A DNA stretch of 60,041 nt from contig CAUOWW010000001.1 of assembly GCA_963508345.1 (NCBI GenBank), positions 1 to 60,041 on the forward strand. Reading direction: 5' to 3'. Both the position numbers and the translations under genes were made by a program. This document shows positions 43,578 through 54,836 of this stretch, piece after piece. The first letter of the stretch is position 1; every line of letters begins with the position of its first letter. The notes under the pieces are model-generated. The model saw only the letters and a list, made by a program, of their open reading frames with translations. It was not told where the DNA came from and did not search any database. This stretch comes from an uncultured bacterium. Lineage in GTDB: Bacteria > Bacillota > Bacilli > Lactobacillales > Streptococcaceae.

Positions 43578-45590
43578 ATCTAGATGTTCTCTCTTTTCTA
43601 GATGAAGAGCAATCATGCGCCACTCTGGATCCTCTTGCCAGCCTTCTATCGAACTAATGTAGCTAGCAACCTTTCTGGCTTCTTCTAAAATCGGAAAATC
43701 TTCGATAATATCAGCCACTTGAAACTCTGGAAGACCTGACTGTCTGGTTCCAAAAATCTCACCAGAACCACGCATTTTCAAATCTTCCTCCGCAAGGACA
43801 AATCCATTGGTGGTTTCTGTCATAATGCGCATGCGGTCTTTCCCAGAATCCGTCTTGGGATTGGCAACGAGAACAGCATAGGACTGCTTGTCCCCCCGAC
43901 CGACACGACCTCTGAGCTGGTGAAGCTGGCTGAGACCGAAGCGATCGGCATCCATGATAATCATGACCGTCGCATTGGGAACATTGACCCCGACCTCGAT
44001 AACCGTTGTCGAAACTAGAATATCCGTTTTTCGCTCTTTGAACTCCTGCATAATCTGGTCTTTTTCATCACTCTTCATCTTACCATGTAAAAGAGCCACC
44101 TCTGCCTTACCTGCAAAATGAGCTGTCAACTCTTCTGATAAGGCAATGGCATTTTTCAAATCCAGAGCTTCTGATTCTTCAATCAAGGGAGAGATGACGT
44201 AGGCTTGAGAACCTTTTTGGATTTCCCCCTCTAACCAAGTCAAAACCTGAGGCAGTTGCTCATGTTTGATCCAGCGTGTTACAATAGGCTTCCGTCCTGC
44301 TGGCATCTGGTCGATAATGGAAACATCCATATCTCCAAAGGCTGTGATGGCAAGCGTCCGTGGAATGGGAGTCGCCGTCATCATGAGAACATCTGGATTG
44401 TCTCCTTTTTCCCGTAAAATACGCCTTTGCCCCACGCCAAAACGGTGCTGCTCATCAATAATAATCAAGCCAAGGCGAGCATACTCCACCCCATCCTGAA
44501 TCAGGGCATGAGTTCCGATAATCAAATCAGCCTCACCCTTGGCAATAGTATCCAAGACTTCTCTCTTTTCTGCAACTTTCAAGGAACCTGTCAAGAGAGC
44601 CAGTTTCAAGTCTGGAAAAAGGTTCTGTAAACTCTCAAAATGTTGCTCTGCAAGGATTTCTGTCGGTACCATGAGGGCGGACTGATAGCCAGCTGTCACC
44701 GCCGCAAACATGGCCAAGCCAGCGACTACCGTTTTTCCACTCCCCACATCCCCTTGCAAAAGACGATTCATGTGGTGGTCGGACTTCATGTCTGTCAAAA
44801 TTTCCTGCAAACTCTTTTCTTGAGCTTGGGTCAGAGCAAAAGGAAGGCTTTCCTTGACTGCTGTCACTTTTTCCTGAGACCAATCCAGAACCAGACCGCT
44901 GCCCTGAACTCTATTTTCAGACTTAAGCGTCTGCAATTGCATTTGGAAATAAAAGAGTTCTTCAAACTTGATACGGCGAAGGGCTTGCTTGTATTCTGCC
45001 AAATCCTTAGGAAAATGCATGGCACTAACGGCCTGACAACGGGACATGAGTTTGTATTTGTCCAGCAAGGACTGAGGAAGATTTTCTTCTATTAAGAGGT
45101 CCAACCCCTGATCAAAGGCCGTCTTGATGACCTTGATCAGACTGGCCTGACTGATTCCCTGAGCCAAGCGATAGACAGGTTGAAGGTCATCTTCCACCTG
45201 AGCCAGGACCTTCATCCCTGTCAGACTAGCCTTGGCACGGTCCCATTTTCCAAATACAGCAAGGGTCGCTCCCAACTCTATCTTATCAGCCAGATAGGGC
45301 TGGTTAAAAAAATTCACCGCAAAAACGACTTCTCCCTGCTTGAGGCTAAAACGCAGGCGATTGCGCTTGAAACCATAATACTGGACACTGGCAGGAGTCA
45401 CAACTTGACCAGAAAGAACCGCCTTTTCACCGTCTTCTAATTCCAATACTTGCTTGGTCTTGAAATCTTCATAACGGAAAGGAAAGTAGAGCAAGAGGTC
45501 TTGCAAATTTTCAATTCCTAGTTTGGCGTATTTTTCTGCTGACTTTGGTCCCACACCAGGTAAGACATGCAAGGGTTGATGTAGATTCAT
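43575..45590 (-). CDS. recG: ATP-dependent DNA helicase RecG
   Basis: QGDVGSGKT, DEQH, TATPIPR, QLRGRVGR. Confidence 0.98.
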   Translation of the reverse strand: MNLHQPLHVLPGVGPKSAEKYAKLGIENLQDLLLYFPFRYEDFKTKQVLELEDGEKAVLSGQVVTPASVQYYGFKRNRLRFSLKQGEVVFAVNFFNQPYLADKIELGATLAVFGKWDRAKASLTGMKVLAQVEDDLQPVYRLAQGISQASLIKVIKTAFDQGLDLLIEENLPQSLLDKYKLMSRCQAVSAMHFPKDLAEYKQALRRIKFEELFYFQMQLQTLKSENRVQGSGLVLDWSQEKVTAVKESLPFALTQAQEKSLQEILTDMKSDHHMNRLLQGDVGSGKTVVAGLAMFAAVTAGYQSALMVPTEILAEQHFESLQNLFPDLKLALLTGSLKVAEKREVLDTIAKGEADLIIGTHALIQDGVEYARLGLIIIDEQHRFGVGQRRILREKGDNPDVLMMTATPIPRTLAITAFGDMDVSIIDQMPAGRKPIVTRWIKHEQLPQVLTWLEGEIQKGSQAYVISPLIEESEALDLKNAIALSEELTAHFAGKAEVALLHGKMKSDEKDQIMQEFKERKTDILVSTTVIEVGVNVPNATVMIIMDADRFGLSQLHQLRGRVGRGDKQSYAVLVANPKTDSGKDRMRIMTETTNGFVLAEEDLKMRGSGEIFGTRQSGLPEFQVADIIEDFPILEEARKVASYISSIEGWQEDPEWRMIALHLEKREHLD

Positions 45591-45608
45591 GCTCCACTCC
45601 TTTCTTTT

Positions 45609-46712
45609 CTAATCATATTCTCTCGGAATACGGTCGCTAAGGAGACAAGCCACCTCGTAGTTAATAGTCCCACGGTAGGTCGCTACCTGAGTAGCTGTAA
45701 TTTTCTTGTCCCCGTTAGAACCAATTAAGGTTACTTTTGTTCCTAAGGGATAAAGCTTAGGCAGACGAATGGTGATTTGGTCCATAGAAACCCGCCCAAC
45801 GATTGGGCAAGCTTGGCCATCTACCAAGACAGAGAAATTCTGCATGTCACGTGTCCAACCATCCGCATAGCCGATTGGCACGGTCGCGATGGCTTGCTCG
45901 CTATCCGCCTGATAGGTGGCTCCGTAGCCCATGCAAGCTCCAGCTGGGACTGTCTTGACATGAACCAAGGCAGATTCCAAGGTCAAGGCTGGTGTCAGGT
46001 CATAAGGCAAATCCAAAACCTCTCCACTTGGATTGAGACCATACATAGCGTCTCCCAAACGAACCGCGTTAAAAATGGTATCTGCATGCCAAAGAGTCGT
46101 TGCCGAATTACTGGCATGAACCAGCTCTGGAAGTTCCTTCATACTGGCCAAAATAGCTTTAAATTGTTCTAACTGGGTGTTAAAATAGGAATCTGATTCT
46201 TCGTCCGCAGTAGCAAAGTGGGTAAAAATCCCTTCAACACGAGCACCGTGTTGTTGGAGCAAGTCTTGAGCCTGCCCAGCTTCACTAGCCTCTCGAAAAC
46301 CAATCCGTCCCATTCCTGAATCAATCTTGAGGTGGACTGTCAATCCAGTTAGGTCCGCTTCCTTATCTAAGAGTGCTTGAATCCACTCCAGTCCAGCCAC
46401 TGTCAAGGTGATGTCGTATTCTTTAGCAAGAGCAACTGCTTCGATGTCAGAAACTCCTAAAATGAGGATTTTCTTCCTGAGTCCAGCTTGTCTAAGTTCA
46501 ATGGCTTCATCAATATTGGAAACGCAAAAACCATCGACATCATCTTGGATAGCCTTCGCAACAGCAACAGCCCCATGCCCATAGGCATTGGCCTTGACCA
46601 CAGCCCACTTGAGCGTTCCTTGAGGGATATGAGCCCTCATTTGCTGAATATTTTGTCGAATAGCTCCCAGATGAATCAGAGCCTTGGTTGGTCTATGTGG
46701 ACTAGCTTTCAT
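45609..46712 (-). CDS. alr: Alanine racemase
   Basis: [24 protein letters not shown]; start MKASPH. Confidence 0.97.
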   Translation of the reverse strand: MKASPHRPTKALIHLGAIRQNIQQMRAHIPQGTLKWAVVKANAYGHGAVAVAKAIQDDVDGFCVSNIDEAIELRQAGLRKKILILGVSDIEAVALAKEYDITLTVAGLEWIQALLDKEADLTGLTVHLKIDSGMGRIGFREASEAGQAQDLLQQHGARVEGIFTHFATADEESDSYFNTQLEQFKAILASMKELPELVHASNSATTLWHADTIFNAVRLGDAMYGLNPSGEVLDLPYDLTPALTLESALVHVKTVPAGACMGYGATYQADSEQAIATVPIGYADGWTRDMQNFSVLVDGQACPIVGRVSMDQITIRLPKLYPLGTKVTLIGSNGDKKITATQVATYRGTINYEVACLLSDRIPREYD

Positions 46713-47070
46713 GATTTTCCTCCAAAATGACACTGGCTGTCACAAACTGATCTGTATGGCTGATAGACAGCCAAATCTTTCCTGAAAATGGTGACTGACT
46801 AAAATAAGGCGCCCCGCGTTCATTGTTCAAGACTTCCAAATCCTGAAAACCAAGCTTTCCAATGCCCGTTCCCATAGCCTTGGAAAAGGCCTCCTTAGCC
46901 GACCAGCGACCAGCTAAATATTCAATCTGCCTGCGCCCTTTGAGACTGGTAAACCGTTCCATTTCCTTAGCGGTCAGCACGCGCTTAGCAAATCCTTCAT
47001 GTCGTGTAACTGCGCTTTCTATCGAAGCCAATTCTTCGATGTCAATTCCGTGTCCAACTATCATTTTCAT
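46702..47070 (-). CDS. acpS: Holo-ACP synthase
   Basis: [25 protein letters not shown]; start uncertain (47070 or 47064). Confidence 0.95.
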   Translation of the reverse strand: MKMIVGHGIDIEELASIESAVTRHEGFAKRVLTAKEMERFTSLKGRRQIEYLAGRWSAKEAFSKAMGTGIGKLGFQDLEVLNNERGAPYFSQSPFSGKIWLSISHTDQFVTASVILEENHES

Positions 47071-47109
47071 CAAAAGGAGTTGAGATTCCCCCAACTCCAT
47101 CCTTTTCAC

Positions 47110-48141
47110 TTATTTTGTCAAGGTAGCATAGATTTCTTCTACCAAAGCCTCTGTATTTTCCCAACCTAGACAAGGATCGGTAATAGAGCAACCAAAGACC
47201 TCTGGTTGGTTTTGACGACCATCTGCTAGGTAAGATTCAATCATAAAGCCTCGAACTATCTTTTTAATCTTCTCATTCCAATCACGATTCTGCAAGGTCT
47301 TACGAACCACTCGAATCTGCTCCATATATTGCTTGCCTGAGTTATCATGGTTGGTATCAATGAGGATAAAGGGATTTTCAAGTCCCAGGGCTTCATAGCG
47401 TTCAATAGCATTCAGCAAAGTTTCATAGTAGAAGTTAGGCTCATTTTTTCCATATTCATTAACTGCACCACGAAGGATGACGTGGGCCAAGGGATTTCCT
47501 GAAGTCTCAACTTCTTGACCATGGAAAAGGAAGGTCTGTTTGTTCTGAGCGGCATAGATGCCATTAAACATGACACTTAGATTTCCAGAAGTTGGATTTT
47601 TCATTCCGACTGGTGCATCAATCCCTGAAGCCACAAAACGGTGCTCTTGGTCTTCCACAGAACGAGCCCCAACAGCATGGTAGCTGACCAAATCATCTAC
47701 CAAGACCAGATTTGACGGATAAAGCATCTCGTCTGCCGTTGTCAAACCAGTCTCTGTAATCACGCGGTAGTGCAACTGGCGCACAGCCTGCAAGCCGTTA
47801 ATCAGGCTTGGAGCCTTAGAAGTATCTGGCTGGTGTACCAAGCCTTTATAGCCGTCTCCGTTGGTGCGAGGTTTAGCTGTATAAACACGCATAACCATGA
47901 AAATCTTGTCCGCCACCTTCTTCTGCAAGGCTGATAAACGGCGGGCATATTCCAAGACAGCCTCTTCATTATCAGAAGAGCAAGGACCAATCACCAAAAG
48001 AATTCTATCATCTTCTCCTGAAATAATGTCTGCCAATTCTCTATCACGACGCTCCTTTAGTCGCAGGGCTTCCGCAGACAATTGGGTTTCCTCCTTGATT
48101 GCTTCAATATCGATTTCTTGACCTTTTTCAATAAATGCCAT
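47110..48141 (-). CDS. aroF: 3-deoxy-7-phosphoheptulonate (DAHP) synthase, paralog 1
   Basis: GPCS, KPRT, GAR, KNPTSG, SITDPCLGW; aroF/aroG naming follows pneumococcal order. Confidence 0.88.
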   Translation of the reverse strand: MAFIEKGQEIDIEAIKEETQLSAEALRLKERRDRELADIISGEDDRILLVIGPCSSDNEEAVLEYARRLSALQKKVADKIFMVMRVYTAKPRTNGDGYKGLVHQPDTSKAPSLINGLQAVRQLHYRVITETGLTTADEMLYPSNLVLVDDLVSYHAVGARSVEDQEHRFVASGIDAPVGMKNPTSGNLSVMFNGIYAAQNKQTFLFHGQEVETSGNPLAHVILRGAVNEYGKNEPNFYYETLLNAIERYEALGLENPFILIDTNHDNSGKQYMEQIRVVRKTLQNRDWNEKIKKIVRGFMIESYLADGRQNQPEVFGCSITDPCLGWENTEALVEEIYATLTK

Positions 48142-48142
48142 C

Positions 48143-49174
48143 TTATTCTCCTAGCGTTTGGTAGATTTCTCTGACAAGGGCTTCCGTATTATCCCAGCCA
48201 AGGCAAGGGTCCGTGATAGACTTGCCAAATACTTCTGGTTCGTTTTGACGGCCGTCTTCTAGATAAGACTCAATCATAAAGCCACGAACGTACTGCTTAA
48301 TTTTTTCATTCCAATCACGGTTAATCAAGGTCTGGCGGACAATTCGAATCTGGTCCATGTATTGCTTACCAGAGTTGTCATGATTGGTATCGACGATGAT
48401 AAAAGGATTTTCCAAGCCCATTTTCTCATACTGGGCAATAGTATCCATCAAATTATCATAGTAGTAGTTGGGAATATTCTTACCATACTCATTGGTCGCT
48501 CCACGAAGAATAGCGTGCGAAAGCGGGTTTCCAGTTGTTTCCACTTCTTTTCCTAGGAAAAGGAAACTTTGTTTGTTTTGAGCAGCATAAATCCCATTAA
48601 ACATGACATTGAGATTTCCTGAAGTTGGATTTTTAAAACCAGTCGCAAAATCTGCTCCACTTGCTACAAAGCGGTGTTGCTGGTCTTCAACCGAACGGGC
48701 ACCAACCGCCATGTAAGAAATCAGATCATCCACAAGCGGTAGATTTTCAGGATAAAGCATTTCATCAGCTGTCGTCATACCTGTTTCCGTGATGACACGA
48801 TAGTGAAGATGGCGAACAGCTTTGATTCCGTTGATAAGACTAGGCGCTTCTGCCGTGTTAGGCTGGTGAATTAATCCCTTATAGCCATCTCCGTTGGTAC
48901 GGGGTTTGGCAGTATAAACACGCATAACCATAAAGATACGGTCTGCTACTTCTTCTTGTAGGACTGCCAAACGCTTAGCGTACTCAAGAACAGCTTCTTC
49001 ATTGTCAGATGAGCATGGCCCAATTACCAAGAGAATCCGCTGGTCTTCTCCACGTATAATGGCTTCTAGCTCTTGATCGCGCTGTGATTTTCTCTCCAAA
49101 GCTTGGCCTTCTAATTTTGATAAGGCACGAACTTCTTCAATATTAATTTTAGGACTTTTTGCTGTAAATACCAT
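48143..49174 (-). CDS. aroG: 3-deoxy-7-phosphoheptulonate (DAHP) synthase, paralog 2
   Basis: Same motifs; tandem paralog. Confidence 0.88.
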   Translation of the reverse strand: MVFTAKSPKINIEEVRALSKLEGQALERKSQRDQELEAIIRGEDQRILLVIGPCSSDNEEAVLEYAKRLAVLQEEVADRIFMVMRVYTAKPRTNGDGYKGLIHQPNTAEAPSLINGIKAVRHLHYRVITETGMTTADEMLYPENLPLVDDLISYMAVGARSVEDQQHRFVASGADFATGFKNPTSGNLNVMFNGIYAAQNKQSFLFLGKEVETTGNPLSHAILRGATNEYGKNIPNYYYDNLMDTIAQYEKMGLENPFIIVDTNHDNSGKQYMDQIRIVRQTLINRDWNEKIKQYVRGFMIESYLEDGRQNEPEVFGKSITDPCLGWDNTEALVREIYQTLGE

Positions 49175-49254
49175 AACTCATCTCCTTATAAAGCAAACGG
49201 ATACCAAGTAAAAATTTACTTTTCACAAGGTATCCGCCTCTAAACTATCTCATT

Positions 49255-51768
49255 TTATTGTCTTTTACCGTGACAGTTTTTAAACTTCTTACCAGAACCA
49301 CATGGGCAAAGTTCATTCCGTCCAATCTGACTCAAATCCAGATTTTCAGGCATATTTGCTTGGTGGGCAGCGATATTACGAGTCGCTGTTGTACTGATAT
49401 GGTGTTCTGCTTGTGGTCTTTCTTGTTCATGAATTTGGGCTTTCATCATCAAGCGTGTCACATCAAACTCAATCGAACCAATCATGTCATTAAACATACG
49501 GAAACCTTCTGCCTGATACTCAACAACAGGGTTGTTCTGAGCATAGCCACGAAGTCCAACCGCATTACGCAATTGATCGAGGGCATCAATATGATCTGTC
49601 CACTTGTTATCTACCACTCGTAGAATCAAGACTTTTTGGAACTCTTTAACTGCTTCTTCATCGCGTAGTTTTGAAACCTGACTATCGTAAACCTTCAAGG
49701 CACGTTGGAAGAGCTCTTCCTTGATGGCCTTATCAGACAAGCCTGACAAGTCGTCCATCGTAATTGAATCTTCTGGAAGCAAATTATACTTAGCGAAGTT
49801 CAAAATTGCTTCTAGTTTTTCATCTTGTTTTGAACGCGCATGACCATCAACGACACGACCAATCGTGCGTTTGATCATTGCCTGAATTTCAGGTGCCAAG
49901 TCACGGTCTGCAGTGATGACATCGTAACGTTGAGCGTAGATAATCTCACGTTGTTCACGCATGACATCGTCGTACTGAAGGACTTGTTTACGGGTATCGT
50001 AGTTATTTCCTTCAACACGTTTTTGAGCCGCTTCAACTTGACGTGTCAACATGCGAGACTCAATGGCCTCTTCAGACATGTTCAAACGTTCAAAGATTCC
50101 CTTCAAGCGTTCAGAACCAAAACGTTTCATCAAGTCATCTTCAAGAGATAGGTAGAATTGTGACTCACCTGGGTCTCCTTGACGACCTGAACGTCCACGA
50201 AGCTGGTTATCGATACGACGGCTTTCATGACGTTCTGTACCAATAACACAAAGTCCACCCAATTCGCGAACCCCTTCACCAAGCTTGATGTCGGTACCAC
50301 GACCGGCCATGTTAGTCGCAATGGTAACAGCACCACGTTGACCAGCATTCATAATGATTTGGGCTTCTTTATAGTGGTTTTTGGCGTTCAAGACTTCGTG
50401 AGGAACACCAGCTGCGACCAATTTCTTAGAAATATAGTCACTGGTTTCAACCGCTACTGTACCAACCAAGACAGGCTGACCTTTTTGGTAACGAGCCTTA
50501 ACGTCTTCGACAACCGCCTTAAACTTAGCTTCGATACTTGCATAAAGAAGGTCTGAGTGGTCAATACGTTGAACAGGACGGTTTGTTGGGATTGGAATAA
50601 CACGAATGTTGTAGATTTCACGGAATTCTTCTTCCTCAGTCTTACCTGTACCTGTCATACCAGACAATTTCTTGTACATACGGAAAAGGTTTTGGTAAGT
50701 GATTGAGGCAGATGTCTTGGTTTCATCCTGAATTGGCACACCTTCTTTGGCTTCAATGGCTTGGTGCAATCCATCAGAATAACGACGACCTTCCATGGTA
50801 CGACCTGTAAATTGGTCGACGATCAGAATTTCTTGCTCTTCGCTGACCACATAGTCAATATCGAGAAGCATGATGTAGTTGGCACGAAGGGCGTTATCGA
50901 TAAAGTGAGTCAGAGCTACGTTTTCGATGTCATAGAGGTTTTCAAGCTTGAAGTAGCTTTCAGCCTTGTCAATCCCTGAATCAGACAAACCAATAGTCTT
51001 AGACTGCACATCGATAATGTAGTCGTCTTTGTCCAAAGATTTCACATAGTGGTCTGCCATGTGGTAGAGCTGACTGGTTTCAACTGCGTTGGCACCTGAT
51101 ACAATCAAAGGTGTACGGGCTTCGTCAATCAAGATAGAGTCAACCTCATCGACCAAGGCATAGTTAAGCGGACGTTGTACCATGTTTTCAGCACGAACGA
51201 CCATGTTGTCACGAAGATAGTCAAATCCGATTTCTGAGTTGGTTGAGTAAGTAATATCACACTCATAGGCTTCTTTTTTCTCCATTGGAGATTTGGCGGC
51301 CAAGTTAATCCCTACTGACAAACCAAGCCAAGAGTACAATTCACCCATCTCAGTCGCATCACGTTCTGAGAGGTATTCATTGACCGTAACTACGTGGACC
51401 CCTTTACCTGAAAGGGCATTGAGGTATACGGGCATGGTCGCAGTCAAGGTTTTTCCTTCCCCTGTACGCATCTCTGGCACGTCACCATGGTGAAGAACGA
51501 TTCCCCCCATGACCTGAACCTTATATGGGAAGAGACCTAGGACACGTTTGGCACCCTCACGGACAACCGCAAATGCTTCATAAAGCAATGAATCCAGTGA
51601 TTCTCCATTTTGATAACGTTCTTTAAATTCAACTGTTTTTGCTTTTAGTTGGTCATCAGTCAAAGCAGCCATTTGGTCTTCGTATTTGAAAACCTTGTCG
51701 GCCATCTTTTCCAGACGACGGATTTCTCCTTTATCATTTTCGATAATTGTTTTTAAAATATTAGCCAT
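49255..51768 (-). CDS. secA: Preprotein translocase subunit SecA
   Basis: [21 protein letters not shown]-terminal [13 protein letters not shown]. Confidence 0.99.
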   Translation of the reverse strand: MANILKTIIENDKGEIRRLEKMADKVFKYEDQMAALTDDQLKAKTVEFKERYQNGESLDSLLYEAFAVVREGAKRVLGLFPYKVQVMGGIVLHHGDVPEMRTGEGKTLTATMPVYLNALSGKGVHVVTVNEYLSERDATEMGELYSWLGLSVGINLAAKSPMEKKEAYECDITYSTNSEIGFDYLRDNMVVRAENMVQRPLNYALVDEVDSILIDEARTPLIVSGANAVETSQLYHMADHYVKSLDKDDYIIDVQSKTIGLSDSGIDKAESYFKLENLYDIENVALTHFIDNALRANYIMLLDIDYVVSEEQEILIVDQFTGRTMEGRRYSDGLHQAIEAKEGVPIQDETKTSASITYQNLFRMYKKLSGMTGTGKTEEEEFREIYNIRVIPIPTNRPVQRIDHSDLLYASIEAKFKAVVEDVKARYQKGQPVLVGTVAVETSDYISKKLVAAGVPHEVLNAKNHYKEAQIIMNAGQRGAVTIATNMAGRGTDIKLGEGVRELGGLCVIGTERHESRRIDNQLRGRSGRQGDPGESQFYLSLEDDLMKRFGSERLKGIFERLNMSEEAIESRMLTRQVEAAQKRVEGNNYDTRKQVLQYDDVMREQREIIYAQRYDVITADRDLAPEIQAMIKRTIGRVVDGHARSKQDEKLEAILNFAKYNLLPEDSITMDDLSGLSDKAIKEELFQRALKVYDSQVSKLRDEEAVKEFQKVLILRVVDNKWTDHIDALDQLRNAVGLRGYAQNNPVVEYQAEGFRMFNDMIGSIEFDVTRLMMKAQIHEQERPQAEHHISTTATRNIAAHQANMPENLDLSQIGRNELCPCGSGKKFKNCHGKRQ

Positions 51769-51913
51769 GTTTTTCCTTACTTTAAATTCCGAATATTTTA
51801 GAATGTTCTTTTAATTTTAGCACAATTACTGATTATTTTCAAGGAAGAATCCCCATTTTGAAAAGGAAAAAGAGGCTAGTTTCCAAGCTAACCTCTCTGA
51901 CTTTTATGATGCT

Positions 51914-52201
51914 TTAATTGCCAAAAATTGGCAAAATGGCAAATAGGATAAATAGATTAATCCAAAGAGAAAAACAGCAGATAAGCCCAAAAACAAAGAG
52001 ACTGACTTTCTTGGACAGCAAGGCCATCAAAATGGACAGAATACCAAAAACTAGCAAGACTTTCTGTATGCTGAAGAGGTCAATCTTTCCCCCCAGAATC
52101 GGACTGCCCCAAGGAAGAAAGAAGAAAGCAATCCAGATCAACAGAACTAAACCAATATAGACCTTAGAATAGCATGTAATAAATGATTTTAGATGTGCCA
52201 T
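51914..52201 (-). CDS. Small 3-TM membrane protein, copy 1
   Basis: 95 aa, hydrophobic, RBS GGAGG; near-duplicate at 56214-56501. Confidence 0.75.
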   Translation of the reverse strand: MAHLKSFITCYSKVYIGLVLLIWIAFFFLPWGSPILGGKIDLFSIQKVLLVFGILSILMALLSKKVSLFVFGLICCFSLWINLFILFAILPIFGN

Positions 52202-52211
52202 AAGCTACCTC

Positions 52212-52862
52212 CTAAGCTTGTATATCTTTTGAATACTGTATATGCCCATTCTCGACAACTAATACATCTGTACAAAGGTCTGAAATATCTTCCGATATAT
52301 GCGAAGTCAGGATAACCAGACCATTTTCTTTTTTCAGGTAAGATAAAATGACCTGTTTGGTTAACCTAACACTCTTCTCATCTAAAGCATTCATAGGTTC
52401 ATCAAGAAAGAGTATAGAAGGAGAGGCAATAAAGGCTTGAATCAAGGCCATTTTTTGCTTTGTTCCTAAGGATAAATGACGATATTCAACGTCTTCAAAT
52501 TCCTGTAAATCATAGTATTGAATCCAATAGGCGATTCTTTTTTCCGTAACTTTAGATGAAAAGTACCTTAACAGTTCCAAATTTTCTCTCAGTGATAAAT
52601 GAGATAAAAACTCTACCTTTTCAATTAAAATCCCTGCATCCTGAATATAATGATTTTTTACCCCGTAAACTTTACCATCTTGAAGAACTTTTCCTTTGTC
52701 AAGCTTAATATAACCAGCAAGTACCTTTAAAAGAACCGTCTTGCCAGATCCATTATCACCTTTAAGGCCATAAATTTTTCCTGATTGAAAGACCAGATTT
52801 AACTGATTTAAAATAGGTCTTTTCCCGTAATTTTTCTGTCCATTTATAATTTCAAGTCTCAT
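52212..52862 (-). CDS. ABC transporter ATP-binding protein
   Basis: GDNGSGKT, LSLGT, LFLDEP, TSH. Confidence 0.9.
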   Translation of the reverse strand: MRLEIINGQKNYGKRPILNQLNLVFQSGKIYGLKGDNGSGKTVLLKVLAGYIKLDKGKVLQDGKVYGVKNHYIQDAGILIEKVEFLSHLSLRENLELLRYFSSKVTEKRIAYWIQYYDLQEFEDVEYRHLSLGTKQKMALIQAFIASPSILFLDEPMNALDEKSVRLTKQVILSYLKKENGLVILTSHISEDISDLCTDVLVVENGHIQYSKDIQA

Positions 52863-52865
52863 CGT

Positions 52866-53507
52866 TTATCCTTTCTTAAATTTCTCTTCCAAGCGACTAA
52901 CAATCAACACAACTAATAAACTTAAGAGTACTAAATACATTGTTACAATATGATCCATCATCCATTCTTGTCCCACAAATGCTAAAAAATAGAGAAAAAA
53001 GGAAAAACCAGCGCCCACACTAATAAGTGCTATCAGATAAGACAGTAGTAAGTACAAAATCATTAACTGAGCAAGTAAAAAGAAGAGTGTGACTGTTTTG
53101 AAATGAATTCCTAGAGGAAGTAAACCAAGAAACCAGACAAATAAATCTTGAATAAAAAATTTAGAGATGACAATCAATCGTTTCCTTGTATAATCGAAAA
53201 AGGAGCTTGATTGATAGCGAATCAAGTGATGGTAATGGTCTGCCAAATCACTTTCAAGCAAAATAACAGAGAGCCATCCTACCATGAAAAGCGAAAGGTT
53301 TAACAAGAGTTTGGGGATTTCTAAATTCGCTTCAGAATAGTCATTATAGGAAAAGATTGAAATCAATTCTCTCTTGAAAAAGAGAAAAACATCCTGCTTT
53401 TGAACCGCTGTTGACAATAGATAGTTTATCAAAATCATAATCAGAACTATACGAAGTAGTAAAACAATCTTTCTCTTTAGCAAAATATTGTTAAAATTCT
53501 TAAACAT
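52866..53507 (-). CDS. Multi-TM membrane protein (putative ABC permease)
   Basis: Hydrophobic, in operon with the ATPase; start uncertain. Confidence 0.7.
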   Translation of the reverse strand: MFKNFNNILLKRKIVLLLRIVLIMILINYLLSTAVQKQDVFLFFKRELISIFSYNDYSEANLEIPKLLLNLSLFMVGWLSVILLESDLADHYHHLIRYQSSSFFDYTRKRLIVISKFFIQDLFVWFLGLLPLGIHFKTVTLFFLLAQLMILYLLLSYLIALISVGAGFSFFLYFLAFVGQEWMMDHIVTMYLVLLSLLVVLIVSRLEEKFKKG

Positions 53508-54291
53508 TATCTTCATATTTTTCAAGCACCATATAAGGGACAATATAAAGGATATAAGGAGTAAAGAGTTTCATCAAACTGACATCCCCATAGCTAGCTT
53601 GCATCAAACTCGTCATAGGAACCATATAGTAAGGCAAGACACTATAGAGTAACATAGAACCAAGCCAAAGAAACATCAAATAGGCGATTGCCGAACGAGT
53701 CACATTCCCTAAATAATCAACTATTTTTAAAAAATAGACCGTATTGATGAAAATACCGATTAGAAGGACACAAGTAAAGAACAAATAGCTTGTTATCTCT
53801 CCATCTAGGAGTCTTTGTAAACTACTCCCATCAGAAAATAGAGATTTCCATTCCAGAGGCGAAAAAGTCCCAAAGAAATAGGTTAAAATTGCAATTATTA
53901 GCACAGTCACTAAATATATCAAGCAAGGGATACTTGCAACTTGCAAAATCAACTTTCTTTTTAACCCTTGATAACTCACTTCTCTTCCAATGCTCAATCG
54001 TAAAACTTTATTTTTCAGCTCAATATATTGAAAACCTAGCAAAACCATGATGATTGGAATAATAAATGATTGATAAAAACCTAGATTGAACTGGAGAATA
54101 CGAAAATCTAATGCTGATTTTAATAAGTCATTTTTAATTGCTTGTCCATCAAATTTGGCTAGGTCAGGTGCATGAATATCAAAAAAGAAATAAGTCATCA
54201 AAACATCACGATAAACCAAAGCAAGAAAAAGCAAAGTAAGCAAGACATAAACAAATTTATGCCTTGCCAAAGTTAAGAGAGGAATCTTCAT
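53500..54291 (-). CDS. Multi-TM membrane protein (putative ABC permease)
   Basis: 263 aa, about six TM segments, operon context. Confidence 0.72.
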   Translation of the reverse strand: MKIPLLTLARHKFVYVLLTLLFLALVYRDVLMTYFFFDIHAPDLAKFDGQAIKNDLLKSALDFRILQFNLGFYQSFIIPIIMVLLGFQYIELKNKVLRLSIGREVSYQGLKRKLILQVASIPCLIYLVTVLIIAILTYFFGTFSPLEWKSLFSDGSSLQRLLDGEITSYLFFTCVLLIGIFINTVYFLKIVDYLGNVTRSAIAYLMFLWLGSMLLYSVLPYYMVPMTSLMQASYGDVSLMKLFTPYILYIVPYMVLEKYEDNV

Positions 54292-54312
54292 AAATTATAC
54301 CTACTTTACGAA

Positions 54313-54705
54313 TTAGTTTGGTGACCAACTACCTGAAATGGCAGCTGATAAATCCCACCAATTTTGTCTTGCCATATCTGCTGCATAAACATAGCCAACC
54401 GTTGCCCAATTCCCATGAGTTGAACGAGTACCACAGGTTGTTAACGATTCTCCACTACGAGCTTCTCCATTAGAATTTACTATACGATGCTTAACAGTCA
54501 TGGGATGTAAATTTCTACAAGGATTTAAGTTCATGATATATTCCGCATCTTCATTTTCTTTGGTCAAATAACCTGTTCTCTCATAACTGGTAGTAATAAC
54601 AAAATTACTAAAAGCACCTATCTGATTTGCCTCTACGAAAGTAGTTCCAACAGCACTTATCATTAAAACAGGAATAACCATTTTTAATAATTTTTTAGTT
54701 TTCAT
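54313..54705 (-). CDS. Small secreted protein with two Cys and C-terminal SGSWSP motif
   Basis: Sec signal ending VEA; RBS GAAAGG; first large gene of the Rgg-linked operon. Confidence 0.8.
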   Translation of the reverse strand: MKTKKLLKMVIPVLMISAVGTTFVEANQIGAFSNFVITTSYERTGYLTKENEDAEYIMNLNPCRNLHPMTVKHRIVNSNGEARSGESLTTCGTRSTHGNWATVGYVYAADMARQNWWDLSAAISGSWSPN

Positions 54706-54770
54706 TTTTTCTGTTTCCTTTCATTTTTTATTCAAGAAGATTCCTTATAACTTCTATTTTAAATATAGAT

Positions 54771-54794
54771 TTATTCTAGACGATGATATATCAT
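54771..54794 (-). CDS. 7-aa sORF MIYHRLE
   Basis: Perfect RBS AAAGGAGG at normal spacing, then ATG ATA TAT CAT CGT CTA GAA TAA. Confidence 0.45.
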   Translation of the reverse strand: MIYHRLE

Positions 54795-54836
54795 ACAAAT
54801 TCCTCCTTTACTTACTATGTATAGACTCTAATTTCT

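Noticed and set aside
47110..49174. Tandem DAHP synthase paralogs as a novel duplication
   Set aside because: Known conserved arrangement in pneumococcus and relatives
51918..52160. Plus-strand 80-aa basic ORFs here and at 56218-56460
   Set aside because: Antisense to the duplicated hydrophobic genes, which have the RBS
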